Below are positions 10,547-21,158 of a DNA stretch of 64,000 nucleotides, piece after piece. This DNA comes from an uncultured Cytophagales bacterium (GTDB lineage Bacteria > Bacteroidota > Bacteroidia > Cytophagales > Cyclobacteriaceae). The position numbers and the translations under genes were made by a program. Within the stretch, counting starts at the first letter, position 1, and each line of letters opens with the position of its first letter. The stretch is taken from positions 1,870,810 to 1,934,809 of the forward strand of contig CAWDNW010000001.1 in the NCBI GenBank assembly GCA_963803685.1, written 5' to 3'. Under the pieces are notes generated by a model that saw only the letters and a program-made list of their open reading frames with translations, searched no databases and was not told where the DNA came from.

Positions 10547-11263
10547 TTATTTACTGAGCGGTACGGGGCAATTAACATTCCAAAATGTGTAGCTAATGGA
10601 TAATCCTGCAAAATAGTACCAGTCATTGTCTTCCCAATTCCCAAACTGATAATTAGAATTCTGTTTGTTTTGAATTTCTTCTTCGGAAATGTTATCTAGG
10701 TAATCATAAAATATTTTTCGGGCAGAAAACTCAAAAATTAAGGTCCACAATGGACTAATACTATATTTAATACCACCGCCAAATGGGATCATAAGTTGCA
10801 CATCGCTGTACTCTGCATTTTTTTCAGCCCTGTTTATTAAGAAAAAACCGGCTCCCACACTCAAATAGGGGCTGAATTTCACCAGATCTTTGCTGCTTCT
10901 GAAATCCAGGAAATCGTAGTTCATTTGAGCTGAAACCTCTGTTATAAAATCTTTGAAAGAGGCATTTCTTTGCTCAGCAAAAGGGTCTATAGGATTTTCA
11001 TCACTCCCTTTAATAGTGCCTGCTGCTAAAGCTAATTTTCCACTCCATCCATTTTGGTAGTTACGAATATAGTAAAACTGTAACCCCGGTGTCTGTTGGG
11101 TAATATCATATGTGCGAGTTACGTCACCTGTATAATTAAAACTGGCCAAACCCCCTCCAATTTCCTTAGATTGTGCTGTAGCAAAATGGCTGGATAAGAA
11201 GCTAATTAAAACCAAAAAAGGAAAGCAAAAATGCTTTCCTTCAAAGAAAGTATTTTGAATCAT
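10547..11263 (-). CDS. DUF6089-type outer-membrane beta-barrel, PorG-like (possible T9SS accessory protein)
   Basis: 238 aa with a signal peptide and an alternating aromatic/Gly beta-strand pattern. Its position directly upstream of uppS-bamA-ompH matches, from my memory, the position of porG in Porphyromonas. Confidence 0.5.
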   Translation of the reverse strand: MIQNTFFEGKHFCFPFLVLISFLSSHFATAQSKEIGGGLASFNYTGDVTRTYDITQQTPGLQFYYIRNYQNGWSGKLALAAGTIKGSDENPIDPFAEQRNASFKDFITEVSAQMNYDFLDFRSSKDLVKFSPYLSVGAGFFLINRAEKNAEYSDVQLMIPFGGGIKYSISPLWTLIFEFSARKIFYDYLDNISEEEIQNKQNSNYQFGNWEDNDWYYFAGLSISYTFWNVNCPVPLSK

Positions 11264-11266
11264 AAA

Positions 11267-12457
11267 TTACCTGAATTTTGCACTTCTAACGAAAGAACGT
11301 CCAAGAATGTATGTTAATTGAATATTAGTTACGATATAAATATCATTATCATTTCTATTTCCTCTTACATTATTTGCTGGACTACTATTTCCCTCACCTC
11401 CTGCATTTCCATATCCTGCAGCCCTACTCCATTCTAGATCAGTAAGATTAGATGAGTAATTCGTTACACTAGAGTTATAAGTAAAGTTTCGTATTTGGTC
11501 AAATTCAGTTTGTGTAAATTGATTGGACTTGTCGGACATTGCCATAGCTAATGCTGCATTAGGGTCAGATGGGTCGCCAAAAGCTCCCAAATCTATATAT
11601 TCAACACTTACGTCATCTAAATAATCTGTAAAAGTATGCCTATAGCCAACCTCTAAGCCAAGGTCAAAGTTATTGGTGAGTTTGTATCTTATACCAAGGC
11701 CCATAGGAATCACAATTTGAATGCGACTGTATGGATTGGGTAAATCTTTACCAAAAGCACTTAAATACATCGCTCTTGTTTCATCGTCTACAAATTGACC
11801 TTCGGTACCCAGATCTCTTAAACTTACCCATTCCCCCGCCTGTTCCAACGGGATGTTATCTGGGCCATCTGTTTTGTAAGCTTGAGGCGAGAAGTACTCA
11901 GGTACTTTTCCTTTCGGATTATGGTACATAATACCTAAACCACCAAATGCATAAATATTAAGTGGTGCTCTTCCTGTGTATCTACCACTGTATTTAAATA
12001 AATCTATTTGTCCAGTAAGAGAAAGTTCAATGATATCATTTCTAAAACTAAGATTTCGCAGATATCTATTCGCATTTTCTTGAGTTATGGCATCATTCCC
12101 AACAGTTTGAACATCACCAGATTGCATTCTACCATACATTAAGTTTGCTCTCCAATGATAACGTTCTCCAAATTTTTGTTTGATATAAAGATTTAGTCCT
12201 GGTCGGGTGAAAGAAAGTTTAGTACTAAGAATTCCTGATGTGGGAGCCATATCACCAAAGTAATTAATGGCATTTATTCCTCCACCTATACCATAGTATG
12301 CTATTGCAGGATTAATGAGTTTTTTATTGCCAGAAAATTTACCAATGTTACCTCTCCTTCTTCTTTGAGCTTCAGCTGACTCTGGTAATATCACCATAAC
12401 AACCATTAAGAAGGTGAATAAAAATAATAATCTCTTCATATGAATTTTCTTAATCAA
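11267..12457 (-). CDS. DUF6089-like outer-membrane beta-barrel protein, long paralog
   Basis: 396 aa with a signal peptide ending AEAQRRRRG, a beta-strand pattern and a terminal aromatic residue (SAKFR). It is separated from the PorG-like gene by 3 nt. Confidence 0.5.
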   Translation of the reverse strand: MIKKIHMKRLLFLFTFLMVVMVILPESAEAQRRRRGNIGKFSGNKKLINPAIAYYGIGGGINAINYFGDMAPTSGILSTKLSFTRPGLNLYIKQKFGERYHWRANLMYGRMQSGDVQTVGNDAITQENANRYLRNLSFRNDIIELSLTGQIDLFKYSGRYTGRAPLNIYAFGGLGIMYHNPKGKVPEYFSPQAYKTDGPDNIPLEQAGEWVSLRDLGTEGQFVDDETRAMYLSAFGKDLPNPYSRIQIVIPMGLGIRYKLTNNFDLGLEVGYRHTFTDYLDDVSVEYIDLGAFGDPSDPNAALAMAMSDKSNQFTQTEFDQIRNFTYNSSVTNYSSNLTDLEWSRAAGYGNAGGEGNSSPANNVRGNRNDNDIYIVTNIQLTYILGRSFVRSAKFR

Positions 12458-12499
12458 TTAAAGGGCAAAAGTAAGATAATTTTTTTAAATTAATGAATA

Positions 12500-13375
12500 T
12501 CAATTTCTTAAATCTAATCCCCAGTTTAATTTTTGTCTTAAAGTGTCAAAATAATTTGAGTGACTAAACGTAATAAGTTTTGCTTGAAAATCCTCTTTTC
12601 TTACGGCTAATTTCACTGTAGAATCGACAGACTCCGATTTTGAGTCGAGGGATATAAGAAATTTGTTGCTTCGGCTTTCAATTTTAAAGGAAATTTCGCT
12701 CTGATCAGACACTATTAGGGGCCTAACGTTAAGGTTATGAGCACTTACAGGTGTGATCACAAAATTATTAGAATGTGGTAAAACTATGGGTCCCCCACAA
12801 CTTAAAGAATATCCTGTAGAACCTGTTGGAGTACTCACTATTAATCCATCGGCCCAATAAGAATTTAAGTATTCTCCATCAATATAAGTATGAACTGTAA
12901 TCATTGATGAAGAGTCGGTCTTTAGAATAGTGAATTCATTCAGGGCGAAACTGGTTTGCTTAAAAACAGATGCGTCAGTCTCTAGCTTTATCAAAGTACG
13001 GCAATCCAATTTATAGTTTTTCTTTACAAGATCTTTCAATGCTTGTTGAATTTTATCACGGGGGGTGGTAGCTAAAAAGCCTAATCTACCGGTATTAATG
13101 CCCAAAATGGGTGTTTCCAATGCGCCTACTAATGCTACAGCCTCCAGTAGTGTACCATCACCACCCAAACTAATTAAACAATCTGCTTTCAAAGAGTGGG
13201 ATAATTTCCTAAAGGTTTCAAATTGATTGTAGTGAGGGAATGCTTCATTGAATTTGTCTGCGAATTGTTTAGATAAAACTATAGTGATATCCATCTCCAG
13301 CAAAGAATCCAGCACTAATTGAATGTATGGTTTTACCTCGTTATTAAATACCTTTCCGTGTAAAGCAATCTTCAT
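12500..13375 (-). CDS. nadK: NAD+ kinase
   Basis: 291 aa with the GGDGTLL motif and STPTGSTGYSLSCGGPIV. Confidence 0.92.
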   Translation of the reverse strand: MKIALHGKVFNNEVKPYIQLVLDSLLEMDITIVLSKQFADKFNEAFPHYNQFETFRKLSHSLKADCLISLGGDGTLLEAVALVGALETPILGINTGRLGFLATTPRDKIQQALKDLVKKNYKLDCRTLIKLETDASVFKQTSFALNEFTILKTDSSSMITVHTYIDGEYLNSYWADGLIVSTPTGSTGYSLSCGGPIVLPHSNNFVITPVSAHNLNVRPLIVSDQSEISFKIESRSNKFLISLDSKSESVDSTVKLAVRKEDFQAKLITFSHSNYFDTLRQKLNWGLDLRN

Positions 13376-13381
13376 AGTTTT

Positions 13382-14044
13382 CTATGCGTCCAGATACCTC
13401 ATTAAAATATCAAGTCGCTCTTGTTCATTTGAAATACCTTTTACTTCCTGATATTTTGCCACCACTATGTATCCAAATCTTTCCATTGTGGCTATGATAT
13501 GCGTTAAATCTTCTTTATTCAATTTAAGCGTAAGTCTAAACTTTGTAGGATCATTGGGGTCAATATTCATACTTGAACCTAAAACCTGTGCATTATTAGA
13601 TTCAATTAGTCTACTAATTTCGCTTAATGAATAATCTATTTGATTGATGGACAATACTAAAACACCGCCCTGGCTTTGAATTGTGGCCGATTGAGAAAAA
13701 ACCGACAGCGCATCTGACAATATAATTACTCCATGGTAATTATAATCATCATCTACAACTGCTACCTGATCAAACTCACTATCGGTAGCTTTCTTCACCC
13801 CATCATAAATATGTTGAGATGACTGTATGTAGCAATCCTTTCCAGGTAGTGAGAAATCCTGAACTTTCTGAGTTGCATTATTTTCATCAATGATTATATC
13901 CTCTGTGAGGAAACCCAAAAACTTGCGCTCATTTACTACTGGTAATGAATGCAGACGTAACTCCTCCATCCAGATTAATGCTTTGGCAGCATCATCTGTC
14001 AATTTAAGAGGTGGGATCATATCATTAATTAAATCTATTGTCAT
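13382..14044 (-). CDS. CBS-domain protein
   Basis: 220 aa with tandem CBS-like segments. It occupies the nadK-CBS-hydrolase neighbourhood conserved in Bacteroidota. Confidence 0.65.
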   Translation of the reverse strand: MTIDLINDMIPPLKLTDDAAKALIWMEELRLHSLPVVNERKFLGFLTEDIIIDENNATQKVQDFSLPGKDCYIQSSQHIYDGVKKATDSEFDQVAVVDDDYNYHGVIILSDALSVFSQSATIQSQGGVLVLSINQIDYSLSEISRLIESNNAQVLGSSMNIDPNDPTKFRLTLKLNKEDLTHIIATMERFGYIVVAKYQEVKGISNEQERLDILMRYLDA

Positions 14045-14045
14045 T

Positions 14046-14810
14046 TTAGCTAGCTAAAATTTCTGTTTGTTGTAAATATTCTTCTAAGATTTCATTAAAC
14101 TCTTCGGACTTTTCCATCATTGGTGCATGTCCACATTTGTCGATGAATTTCAACGTAGTATTCGGAATTAACTTGTCAAATTCGTGCGCTACCATTGGGG
14201 GAGTAATTGTATCATTAAGACCCCAAACTAACAGAGTAGGCGCTGATATGTTTTTTATTTCATCTGCCATATTGTGACGTTGAGCAGATTTTGCAATCGC
14301 TACAATACGCATACATTTTGGAATACTTTTAGTGGTTTCAAACACTTCGTCCACCAATTCTTTTGTGGCAGTTTTAGGATCGAAAAAAGTATAAGCTACT
14401 CTTTCCTGAATGTATTCATAACTACCTCTTTTAGGAAAGGAACCACCCATAGTATTTTCAAACAAACCTGAACTACCTGTTAAAACCAACCTCTTAATTT
14501 GCTCAGGATGTCTCAGAATATAAATCAATGCCACATGCCCCCCTAATGAGTTACCTATTAAGGTCATTTGATCAAGGCTTTTCATTTTCACAAAACCTTC
14601 TACAAAATCTGTTAAAGCCCCTAATCCGGCTTGTTTTATGGGCATCTCATAAATCGGCAACAAAGGGATAATTACCCTGTACTTTTTCGAAAATCTGTTA
14701 ACTACGCCCTCCCAATTACTCAAAGCACCAAAAAGACCATGCAATAAAACTAAAGGTTCGCCTTGACCTTCATCTATAAAACTGTATTCTCCTTCTTTAT
14801 GAATCTTCAT
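14046..14810 (-). CDS. Alpha/beta-fold hydrolase
   Basis: 254 aa with HGLFG, the nucleophile elbow GNSLGG and a C-terminal CGHAPMME. Confidence 0.8.
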   Translation of the reverse strand: MKIHKEGEYSFIDEGQGEPLVLLHGLFGALSNWEGVVNRFSKKYRVIIPLLPIYEMPIKQAGLGALTDFVEGFVKMKSLDQMTLIGNSLGGHVALIYILRHPEQIKRLVLTGSSGLFENTMGGSFPKRGSYEYIQERVAYTFFDPKTATKELVDEVFETTKSIPKCMRIVAIAKSAQRHNMADEIKNISAPTLLVWGLNDTITPPMVAHEFDKLIPNTTLKFIDKCGHAPMMEKSEEFNEILEEYLQQTEILAS

Positions 14811-14922
14811 TTACTCTCAAATTTTGTTGACAATTGATAATTCATACTGTTACCCGTTGGTCAACTATTCTTCAAACGCTTTAAAATTTTATTTGTTAAA
14901 TATATTAAAATAGTTGTAAAAC

Positions 14923-15519
14923 CTACAATAATGCAGGTATTGGTTTATGTTTGGAGCTGTGTATTTTCGACCAGTTACCTAATATTTCGATACCAAATTC
15001 TGTAAGTACTGCTTCTGGGTGGTATTGTATGCCGCAGATTGGCAGCTGTTTATGAGCAAATATCATTAATTCCTGCTCCGTAGTTATAGCTAATGGAATT
15101 ATTGGTGTATCCTTATAATTATTTACTACCAATGAATGATACCTCACCACATCCCACCTCTCAGGGATGTTTAGAAACAGAGGATGTACCTGCGTTTTAT
15201 ACACGGACGACAGTTTACCATGCATTGGCTTAATTGCTTTTTCGATAGTTGCACCATAATGTTGTGCCAGCGCCTGATGACCCAGACAAATACCTAAAAT
15301 AGGCAATTTAAATTCAAAGTATTGGATGTATTCCATCAAAAACCCTGCCTGATTCGGATTTCCAGGCCCTGGTGATAATACAACTGAAGTAAAGTCTAAC
15401 GCTTTCAGTGATTCTGGAGATATGTCATTTCTTACAATATGACATTGTTCGCCAATTTGTTCAAAATAATCTACCAAATTATATGTAAATGAGTCAAAAT
15501 TGTCTACCAAGAGGATCAT
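14923..15519 (-). CDS. Class-I glutamine amidotransferase, anthranilate/aminodeoxychorismate synthase component II
   Basis: 198 aa with MILLVDNFDSFTYNLV, GICLGHQ and the YHPE catalytic His-Glu. TrpG and PabA cannot be told apart by eye. Confidence 0.85.
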   Translation of the reverse strand: MILLVDNFDSFTYNLVDYFEQIGEQCHIVRNDISPESLKALDFTSVVLSPGPGNPNQAGFLMEYIQYFEFKLPILGICLGHQALAQHYGATIEKAIKPMHGKLSSVYKTQVHPLFLNIPERWDVVRYHSLVVNNYKDTPIIPLAITTEQELMIFAHKQLPICGIQYHPEAVLTEFGIEILGNWSKIHSSKHKPIPALL

Positions 15520-15528
15520 TTGATGAGT

Positions 15529-16053
15529 TTAGAATAGGAATCGAGATTTCAAACTGTCAAAAACCTCTTGAATAAAAGGTAAATAAGCTGAAAACAAATC
15601 AAGTACAAAAGGAGCAAAAGAGGCCAAGGTTGGGTAAATATAGGTTCCTTCGGCCATTTCTGCTGAAATGCTAAAATTGATCGATTCTGCCAGCCATAAT
15701 ACAAGACTTACACCAAAAGCCCATTTAACTAAACCTAAAACCGCACCTGCGAAATTGTCCAATCCTCCTAATAGGGTCATGTCCAATACCTTCTTGACAA
15801 TTTTCCCTGCTAAATTAACCAGTAGCAAAATGGCCACAAAAAGCAGTATAAATGCAATTATAGGTAAAGCAGTATCCCACTTCTCAAAATAAGGCTTTAA
15901 AACATCAATACCGAAGTCTAATAATTTAAATGCACCTATAATAGCTAATAGAAAAGCTACTAAAGAAACTATTTCTAATAAAAGACCTTTTCTAAAACCT
16001 AAATAGGCTCCAAAAATGAGCGGTATTAAAAGTAGTATGTCTAAAGTTCTCAA
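15529..16053 (-). CDS. cvpA: CvpA-family membrane protein
   Basis: 174 aa with four hydrophobic helices and an N-terminus (DILLLIPLIFGAYLGFRKG) typical of the colicin V production family. Confidence 0.7.
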   Translation of the reverse strand: MRTLDILLLIPLIFGAYLGFRKGLLLEIVSLVAFLLAIIGAFKLLDFGIDVLKPYFEKWDTALPIIAFILLFVAILLLVNLAGKIVKKVLDMTLLGGLDNFAGAVLGLVKWAFGVSLVLWLAESINFSISAEMAEGTYIYPTLASFAPFVLDLFSAYLPFIQEVFDSLKSRFLF

Positions 16054-16502
16054 GAATTTAACAGCTTTTTAACCATCATTGATATTGCTTTGCCATCAGC
16101 TTTGCCTGCAAGTTCTTTAGTTGCCATGCCCATTACTTTCCCCATATCCGATGGTCCGGAAGCACCGGTTTTCTGAATAATTTCTTTTAATTTATTTTCC
16201 AATTCATCTTCACTCATTTGTTTGGGAAGATAACGTTCAATAATTTCTAACTCTAATAATTCAGCATCGGCTAATTCCTTCCTGTTATTCGCTAGATACG
16301 TTTCAGCAGACTCTTTTCTCTGCTTTGCCGCACGCATCAATAACTTCATTTCAGCATCTTCAGTAAGTTCTTCTTGGGCGCCTTTTTCTGTTTCTGCCAA
16401 TAAGATCATGGATTTGATGGAGCGTAAAGCGGTTAATTCCTCTTTATTTTTAGCTTTCATTGCCACTTTAATATCTGAATCAATTTGTTGTTTTAAGCTC
16501 AT
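16050..16502 (-). CDS. GatB/YqeY-domain protein
   Basis: 150 aa with MSLKQQIDSDIKVAMKAK...LTALR...KQRKESAE...YLP, the characteristic YqeY pattern. Confidence 0.8.
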   Translation of the reverse strand: MSLKQQIDSDIKVAMKAKNKEELTALRSIKSMILLAETEKGAQEELTEDAEMKLLMRAAKQRKESAETYLANNRKELADAELLELEIIERYLPKQMSEDELENKLKEIIQKTGASGPSDMGKVMGMATKELAGKADGKAISMMVKKLLNS

Positions 16503-16558
16503 AGTAAATTTTTAAAATCATTAACTTGCGCACAAAGTTATCATATAAAACTAAAATT

Positions 16559-17272
16559 ATGACAAGACTAAGCGTCAATATCAATAAGATAGCTACATTA
16601 AGGAATGCCCGAGGCGGAAATAATCCAAATATAGTGCAAGTTGCAAAAGATTGTGAAAGATTTGGTGCGCAGGGTATTACAATTCATCCCAGACCTGATG
16701 AAAGACATATTACTACTCAGGATGTATATGATTTAAAATCAGCAGTCACTACAGAATTTAACATTGAAGGTTACCCTGATCGGAGATTTCTGGATTTCAT
16801 TAGAGAAGTTAAACCAACGCAAGCCACTTTGGTACCTGATCCACCAGGGGCTCTCACTTCCAATGCAGGTTGGGATACAATCAAAAATCAAAGTTTACTT
16901 CAGGAGGTCATTGCTGAGATTAAAAAAAGCGAGGTAAGGACTTCAATTTTTATAGGGACAGAAAAAAGTTTAATTGAAGGTGCTGCTAAATGCGGAGCGG
17001 ACAGAGTAGAATTATATACTGAACCTTATGCTGTCAATTACGCTAAAAATAGGAGTGAAGCCGTACAACCTTTTGTTGAAGCTGCTCAAATAGCTTCGAA
17101 CAGTGGTTTGGGACTCAACGCAGGTCATGATTTAAGTCTAGAAAATTTAAGATATTTAAAGAATCAAATTCCTGAGTTAGACGAGGTGTCTATTGGACAT
17201 GCTTTAATTTGTGATGCGCTTTATTACGGGATTGAAAACACCATTCAATTATATTTGAGGGAGTTACGCTAA
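16559..17272 (+). CDS. pdxJ: Pyridoxine 5'-phosphate synthase
   Basis: [20 protein letters not shown]..., HPRPDERHI and LNAGHDL motifs. The ATG at 16559 is preferred over the upstream TTG at 16526. Confidence 0.92.
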   Translation: MTRLSVNINKIATLRNARGGNNPNIVQVAKDCERFGAQGITIHPRPDERHITTQDVYDLKSAVTTEFNIEGYPDRRFLDFIREVKPTQATLVPDPPGALTSNAGWDTIKNQSLLQEVIAEIKKSEVRTSIFIGTEKSLIEGAAKCGADRVELYTEPYAVNYAKNRSEAVQPFVEAAQIASNSGLGLNAGHDLSLENLRYLKNQIPELDEVSIGHALICDALYYGIENTIQLYLRELR

Positions 17273-17352
17273 TTAACATGAATTTCACCCCTAATTATAT
17301 GTGTTCAGCCTTTAGAATAATTAATTGACAATACATTATAACTAATATTAAA

Positions 17353-18114
17353 ATGAAATTGCACTATCAAGAGTTAGGTGAAGGAAAACCTATCATAATT
17401 TTACATGGCTTGTTTGGGTCATCAGATAATTGGTTGACAATTGGAAAAAAATTAGCCGATAATTATAAGGTTTATTTGGTAGATCAGCGTAATCATGGTG
17501 ATTCACCTCATGCTGAGAAACATAATTACGAAGTGATGTCAGCTGATCTGAAACAATTTATTGAAGATCAGGAAATTGATAAGCCACATATTGTGGGCCA
17601 CTCTATGGGAGGAAAAACTGCTATGCATTTTGCTGTTAAAAATCCTGATTTGTACGATAAACTAGTAGTAGTTGATATTGCACCTAAGGCTTATCCTGTT
17701 CATCATGATAAAATTTTAGAAGGGTTAAATAGTATTAACTTGTCACAGTTAGAGTCACGAAATGATGCGGATTCTGCTCTTGCTGAGTATGTTGAAGAAA
17801 AGGGAGTGCGTCAGTTCTTACTGAAGAATTTAACAAGAGATGAGGAGAAAAACTTTATTTGGAAAATTAATTTACCTGTTATTGAAAAAAATATCGAAGC
17901 GGTAGGGCAAGGTCTGGAAGAGCATTTAGCAACAGAAAAAGATACTTTATTTATTGGTGGAAAAAATTCTGATTATATTAGAAGCGAAGATCATATTGCC
18001 ATTCTGAATTTTTTCCCCAACTCCAGAATTGAGATGATTGAAGGGGCTGGTCATTGGATTCATGCCGAGCAGCCGGAAGCATTTTTAAAAACTTTACTGG
18101 ATTTCCTTAAATAA
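17353..18114 (+). CDS. Alpha/beta-fold hydrolase
   Basis: 253 aa with HGLFGS, GHSMGG and a C-terminal GAGHWIHAEQP. Confidence 0.8.
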   Translation: MKLHYQELGEGKPIIILHGLFGSSDNWLTIGKKLADNYKVYLVDQRNHGDSPHAEKHNYEVMSADLKQFIEDQEIDKPHIVGHSMGGKTAMHFAVKNPDLYDKLVVVDIAPKAYPVHHDKILEGLNSINLSQLESRNDADSALAEYVEEKGVRQFLLKNLTRDEEKNFIWKINLPVIEKNIEAVGQGLEEHLATEKDTLFIGGKNSDYIRSEDHIAILNFFPNSRIEMIEGAGHWIHAEQPEAFLKTLLDFLK

Positions 18115-18155
18115 AAATTAGTGACAGTTTTTGAGCATACCAATATAAAAATTTA

Positions 18156-18863
18156 ATGAATAAGGGAATTCTATATCTCATACCTACTGTTATTTCTCCT
18201 GAAACAGAAACCAAAGTTTTGCCAGTAGAACTTACTGAAATATGTAAGCAAATAGACTGCTTCCTTGTAGAAAATATCAGAACTGCAAGACGTTGCTTAA
18301 GCGCAATGAAAATTGGTAAGCCAATAGAGTCATTGGAATTCTATGAATTAAGTAAAAAGACAAAATTTGAAGAGATAGCCAAATTAATGGCTCCAATAAG
18401 CAAGGGTAAATCTATAGGGATTATGTCTGAAGCTGGTTGCCCGGGTATTGCCGATCCAGGAGCAAGAGCAGTGGCTTATGCGCATCAAAATGGAATTCAG
18501 GTAGTACCTATGGTAGGTCCTTCCTCAATTTTCCTCGCGCTTATGGCCTCAGGCTTTAGCGGGCAGTCATTTGCTTTTCATGGTTACTTACCTATTAATA
18601 AGGGAGAAAGGATTCAAAGCATAAAGAATTTGCAAGATTTAGCTGTGAAAACTGGCCAAACTCAAATTTTTATGGAAACTCCTTATAGAAACAATCATTT
18701 GTTAGATGATGTTATTAAAACTTGCGCAGGCGAAATGAAACTATGCGTTGCCAGAGATATCACCGGTGCCAATGAATTCATTCAAACGAAAGACATCAAA
18801 AATTGGAAAAATAAGCCAGATTTACATAAACAGCCTTGCATTTTTTTACTTTCAAACAGTTAG
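18156..18863 (+). CDS. SAM-dependent methyltransferase of the tetrapyrrole-methylase (RsmI/YraL-like) fold
   Basis: 235 aa with GILYLIPT and SEAGCPGIADPG motifs. Confidence 0.7.
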   Translation: MNKGILYLIPTVISPETETKVLPVELTEICKQIDCFLVENIRTARRCLSAMKIGKPIESLEFYELSKKTKFEEIAKLMAPISKGKSIGIMSEAGCPGIADPGARAVAYAHQNGIQVVPMVGPSSIFLALMASGFSGQSFAFHGYLPINKGERIQSIKNLQDLAVKTGQTQIFMETPYRNNHLLDDVIKTCAGEMKLCVARDITGANEFIQTKDIKNWKNKPDLHKQPCIFLLSNS

Positions 18864-18913
18864 TCTTAAAGATTATAATTTAAAATAGTATTTAATAAAT
18901 CTAAATAGTATGT

Positions 18914-18921
18914 TAAATTTG
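18914..18921 (+). promoter_or_regulatory. Candidate Bacteroidota -7 promoter box for metK
   Basis: TAAATTTG matches the TAnnTTTG consensus and lies 25 nt upstream of the metK ATG. I saw no clear -33 TTTG element. Confidence 0.3.
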
Positions 18922-18946
18922 CCCACTGAAAAAAAATATATAACAC

Positions 18947-20200
18947 ATGCCATATTTATTTACCTCTGAGTCTGTTTCGGAAGGTCACCCGGACAAAGTT
19001 GCTGATCAAATCTCGGATTCATTATTAGATAATTTTTTAGCGTTTGATCCGAAATCCAAAGTAGCCTGTGAAACTCTAGTAACCACCGGGCTTACGGTAT
19101 TGAGCGGCGAGGTTAAAAGTAGCTCCTACATAGATGTGCAGCAAGTGGCCAGAAATGTGATTAATAAAATTGGCTATACAAAGGGTGAATACATGTTTGA
19201 TGGCAATTCTTGTGGGGTGATTTCGACTATTCATGAGCAATCTCAAGATATAAATCAGGGAGTTGATAGAGGAAACCCGGAAGAACAGGGTGCTGGAGAT
19301 CAGGGGATGATGTTCGGTTATGCCACTAAGGAAACCGAGAATTATATGCCTTTAGCCCTAGATCTTTCTCATAAAATATTAATGGAATTAGCTAATTTAA
19401 GAAGAGAGAATTCTGAAATCAGCTATCTACGACCTGATGCTAAATCGCAGGTAACCATTGAGTATTCGGATGACAATGTACCTCAAAGGATTGAAGCAAT
19501 TGTTGTTTCTACTCAGCATGACGATTTTGACGAGGATGAAACCATGTTAGCTAAGATTAAAAGTGATATAATTAATATCCTAATTCCAAAGGTGAAAGCT
19601 CAATTGAAACCTGAATTACAAAAGTTGTTCACAGATAGCATTAAATACCACATCAATCCTACGGGTAAATTTGTTATTGGTGGACCTCATGGGGATGCTG
19701 GTTTAACTGGTAGAAAAATTATAGTTGATACTTATGGTGGAAAAGGAGCCCATGGTGGCGGAGCGTTTTCAGGAAAAGATCCATCAAAAGTTGATAGATC
19801 CGCTGCTTACGCAACACGGCATATTGCTAAAAATCTGGTGGCTGCAGGTGTTGCGGATGAAATTTTAGTACAGGTTTCTTATGCAATTGGTGTGGTAGAG
19901 CCTATGGGTATTTATGTGAATACTTACGGGACTGCAAAAGTAGAATTGAATGATGGTGCCATTGCCAGGAAAGTGAGTGAGATTTTTGATATGCGCCCAT
20001 ATGCTATTGAAACAAGGTTGAAATTAAGAAATCCAATCTATAGTGAGTCAGCTGCTTATGGTCATATGGGTAGAAACCCTGAGCTGGTAACAAAAACATT
20101 TAATGCAACAAACGGTGAAAATGTAACGATGGAAGTTGAATTGTTTACCTGGGAGAAGTTGGATTACGTTGATAAAGTTAAATCTGCTTTCTCCTTATAA
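18947..20200 (+). CDS. metK: S-adenosylmethionine synthase
   Basis: 417 aa with [25 protein letters not shown] and GGGAFSGKD. Confidence 0.97.
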   Translation: MPYLFTSESVSEGHPDKVADQISDSLLDNFLAFDPKSKVACETLVTTGLTVLSGEVKSSSYIDVQQVARNVINKIGYTKGEYMFDGNSCGVISTIHEQSQDINQGVDRGNPEEQGAGDQGMMFGYATKETENYMPLALDLSHKILMELANLRRENSEISYLRPDAKSQVTIEYSDDNVPQRIEAIVVSTQHDDFDEDETMLAKIKSDIINILIPKVKAQLKPELQKLFTDSIKYHINPTGKFVIGGPHGDAGLTGRKIIVDTYGGKGAHGGGAFSGKDPSKVDRSAAYATRHIAKNLVAAGVADEILVQVSYAIGVVEPMGIYVNTYGTAKVELNDGAIARKVSEIFDMRPYAIETRLKLRNPIYSESAAYGHMGRNPELVTKTFNATNGENVTMEVELFTWEKLDYVDKVKSAFSL

Positions 20201-20229
20201 AGTTAATTGCTACAAGTTTTGCAAAGGAT

Positions 20230-20259
20230 GCCTATCACTAAAAGTTGATAGGCTTTTTT
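20230..20259. terminator. Rho-independent terminator after metK, in the convergent junction with the SDR gene
   Basis: An 8-bp stem GCCTATCA/TGATAGGC (20230-20237 and 20246-20253) with an 8-nt loop, followed by T6. Confidence 0.8.
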
Positions 20260-20266
20260 ATTTTTT

Positions 20267-21061
20267 TTATCTTACATTTCTTTTGAGTATCACTTTAGCG
20301 AATAGATTAGGCATAAATCTTTTGAGAAGCACACCAAATCTTTCGGTTCCACCTATTACGGTTTCTAGTTTTTCCTTTTTTACCGCTTTGATAATGTGTT
20401 GGGCACAGTCCGATGCTGACATTCCATTAGCTTGTGCATTGTCCATTTCTCCTGTAGGTTTCCCATCGGAGCCCAAAGCATTTACAGAAACATCTGTCTT
20501 GATAAATCCTGGACAAATTAGTGTCACCTTCACATTGTCCGGATGCAACTCAGTTCTTAAAGAATCAAAAAAACCATGGAGGGCATGCTTGGCAGCCGCA
20601 TAAGAAGAGCGCCACGGTGAACCAAATTTTCCAACCAGGCTCGTTGTTACTATGATGTGTCCGGATTTTTGCTTTACCATATGAGGTGCCACATTTTTAG
20701 TTAAGGCTATGGTACCAAAATAATCTATCTCCATTATTTTCCTGTCTACTTCAAGAGAAGTATCCAACGCCATGCTTCTTTGACTTATTCCTCCATTATT
20801 GAATAGCAGATCAATAGAGCCAAAACGAGAAAGAACCTCTTGCACTTTTATGTTAAACTCATCCATTTCTGCAAGATCCAGGGGAATGATCAATACGTTG
20901 TTAGGATTTGCACAGTTGTTTTTCACTTCGTCAAGCACTTCCTTTCTTCTGGCTGAAATCACGACTTTAGCCCCTTCCTTTGAAAGTTCGTACACCAAAG
21001 CTTCGCCTATTCCTGAACTTGCACCTGTTACCCAGGCTACTTTTCCATTTATTTTTGTCAT
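20267..21061 (-). CDS. Short-chain dehydrogenase/reductase
   Basis: 264 aa with TGASSGIG, NNGG and YAAAKHA (YxxxK). Confidence 0.85.
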   Translation of the reverse strand: MTKINGKVAWVTGASSGIGEALVYELSKEGAKVVISARRKEVLDEVKNNCANPNNVLIIPLDLAEMDEFNIKVQEVLSRFGSIDLLFNNGGISQRSMALDTSLEVDRKIMEIDYFGTIALTKNVAPHMVKQKSGHIIVTTSLVGKFGSPWRSSYAAAKHALHGFFDSLRTELHPDNVKVTLICPGFIKTDVSVNALGSDGKPTGEMDNAQANGMSASDCAQHIIKAVKKEKLETVIGGTERFGVLLKRFMPNLFAKVILKRNVR

Positions 21062-21158
21062 GCTTTATTAAAAAATCTGTTTATGCTAAATATAGACCTA
21101 GTTGAATTTATTAAAATATGCGTGATTTTGAAAAGAAAGGTTGGTATATGAATAATGT

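Noticed and set aside
10459-10644. 61-aa minus-strand ORF bridging the uppS start and the end of the PorG-like gene
   Set aside because: It overlaps two well-supported genes in other frames, and I recognise no motifs in it.
18864-18946. Possible SAM riboswitch upstream of metK
   Set aside because: The leader is only 83 nt and almost entirely A/T. It has no paired GC-rich helices or conserved SAM-I, SAM-II or SAM-SAH core sequences that I can recognise.
20136-20603. 155-aa plus-strand ORF overlapping the metK 3' end and the SDR gene
   Set aside because: It is antisense to a well-supported SDR gene with intact motifs and runs through the metK terminator. This is a typical shadow ORF. The same reasoning applies to the other antisense ORFs in the track, including 241-606, 2400-2651, 4004-4195, 4622-4909, 6650-6913, 8782-9042, 10150-10362, 31657-31920, 32461-32757, 44159-44620, 46415-46654, 48896-49111, 59813-60389 and 63094-63297.
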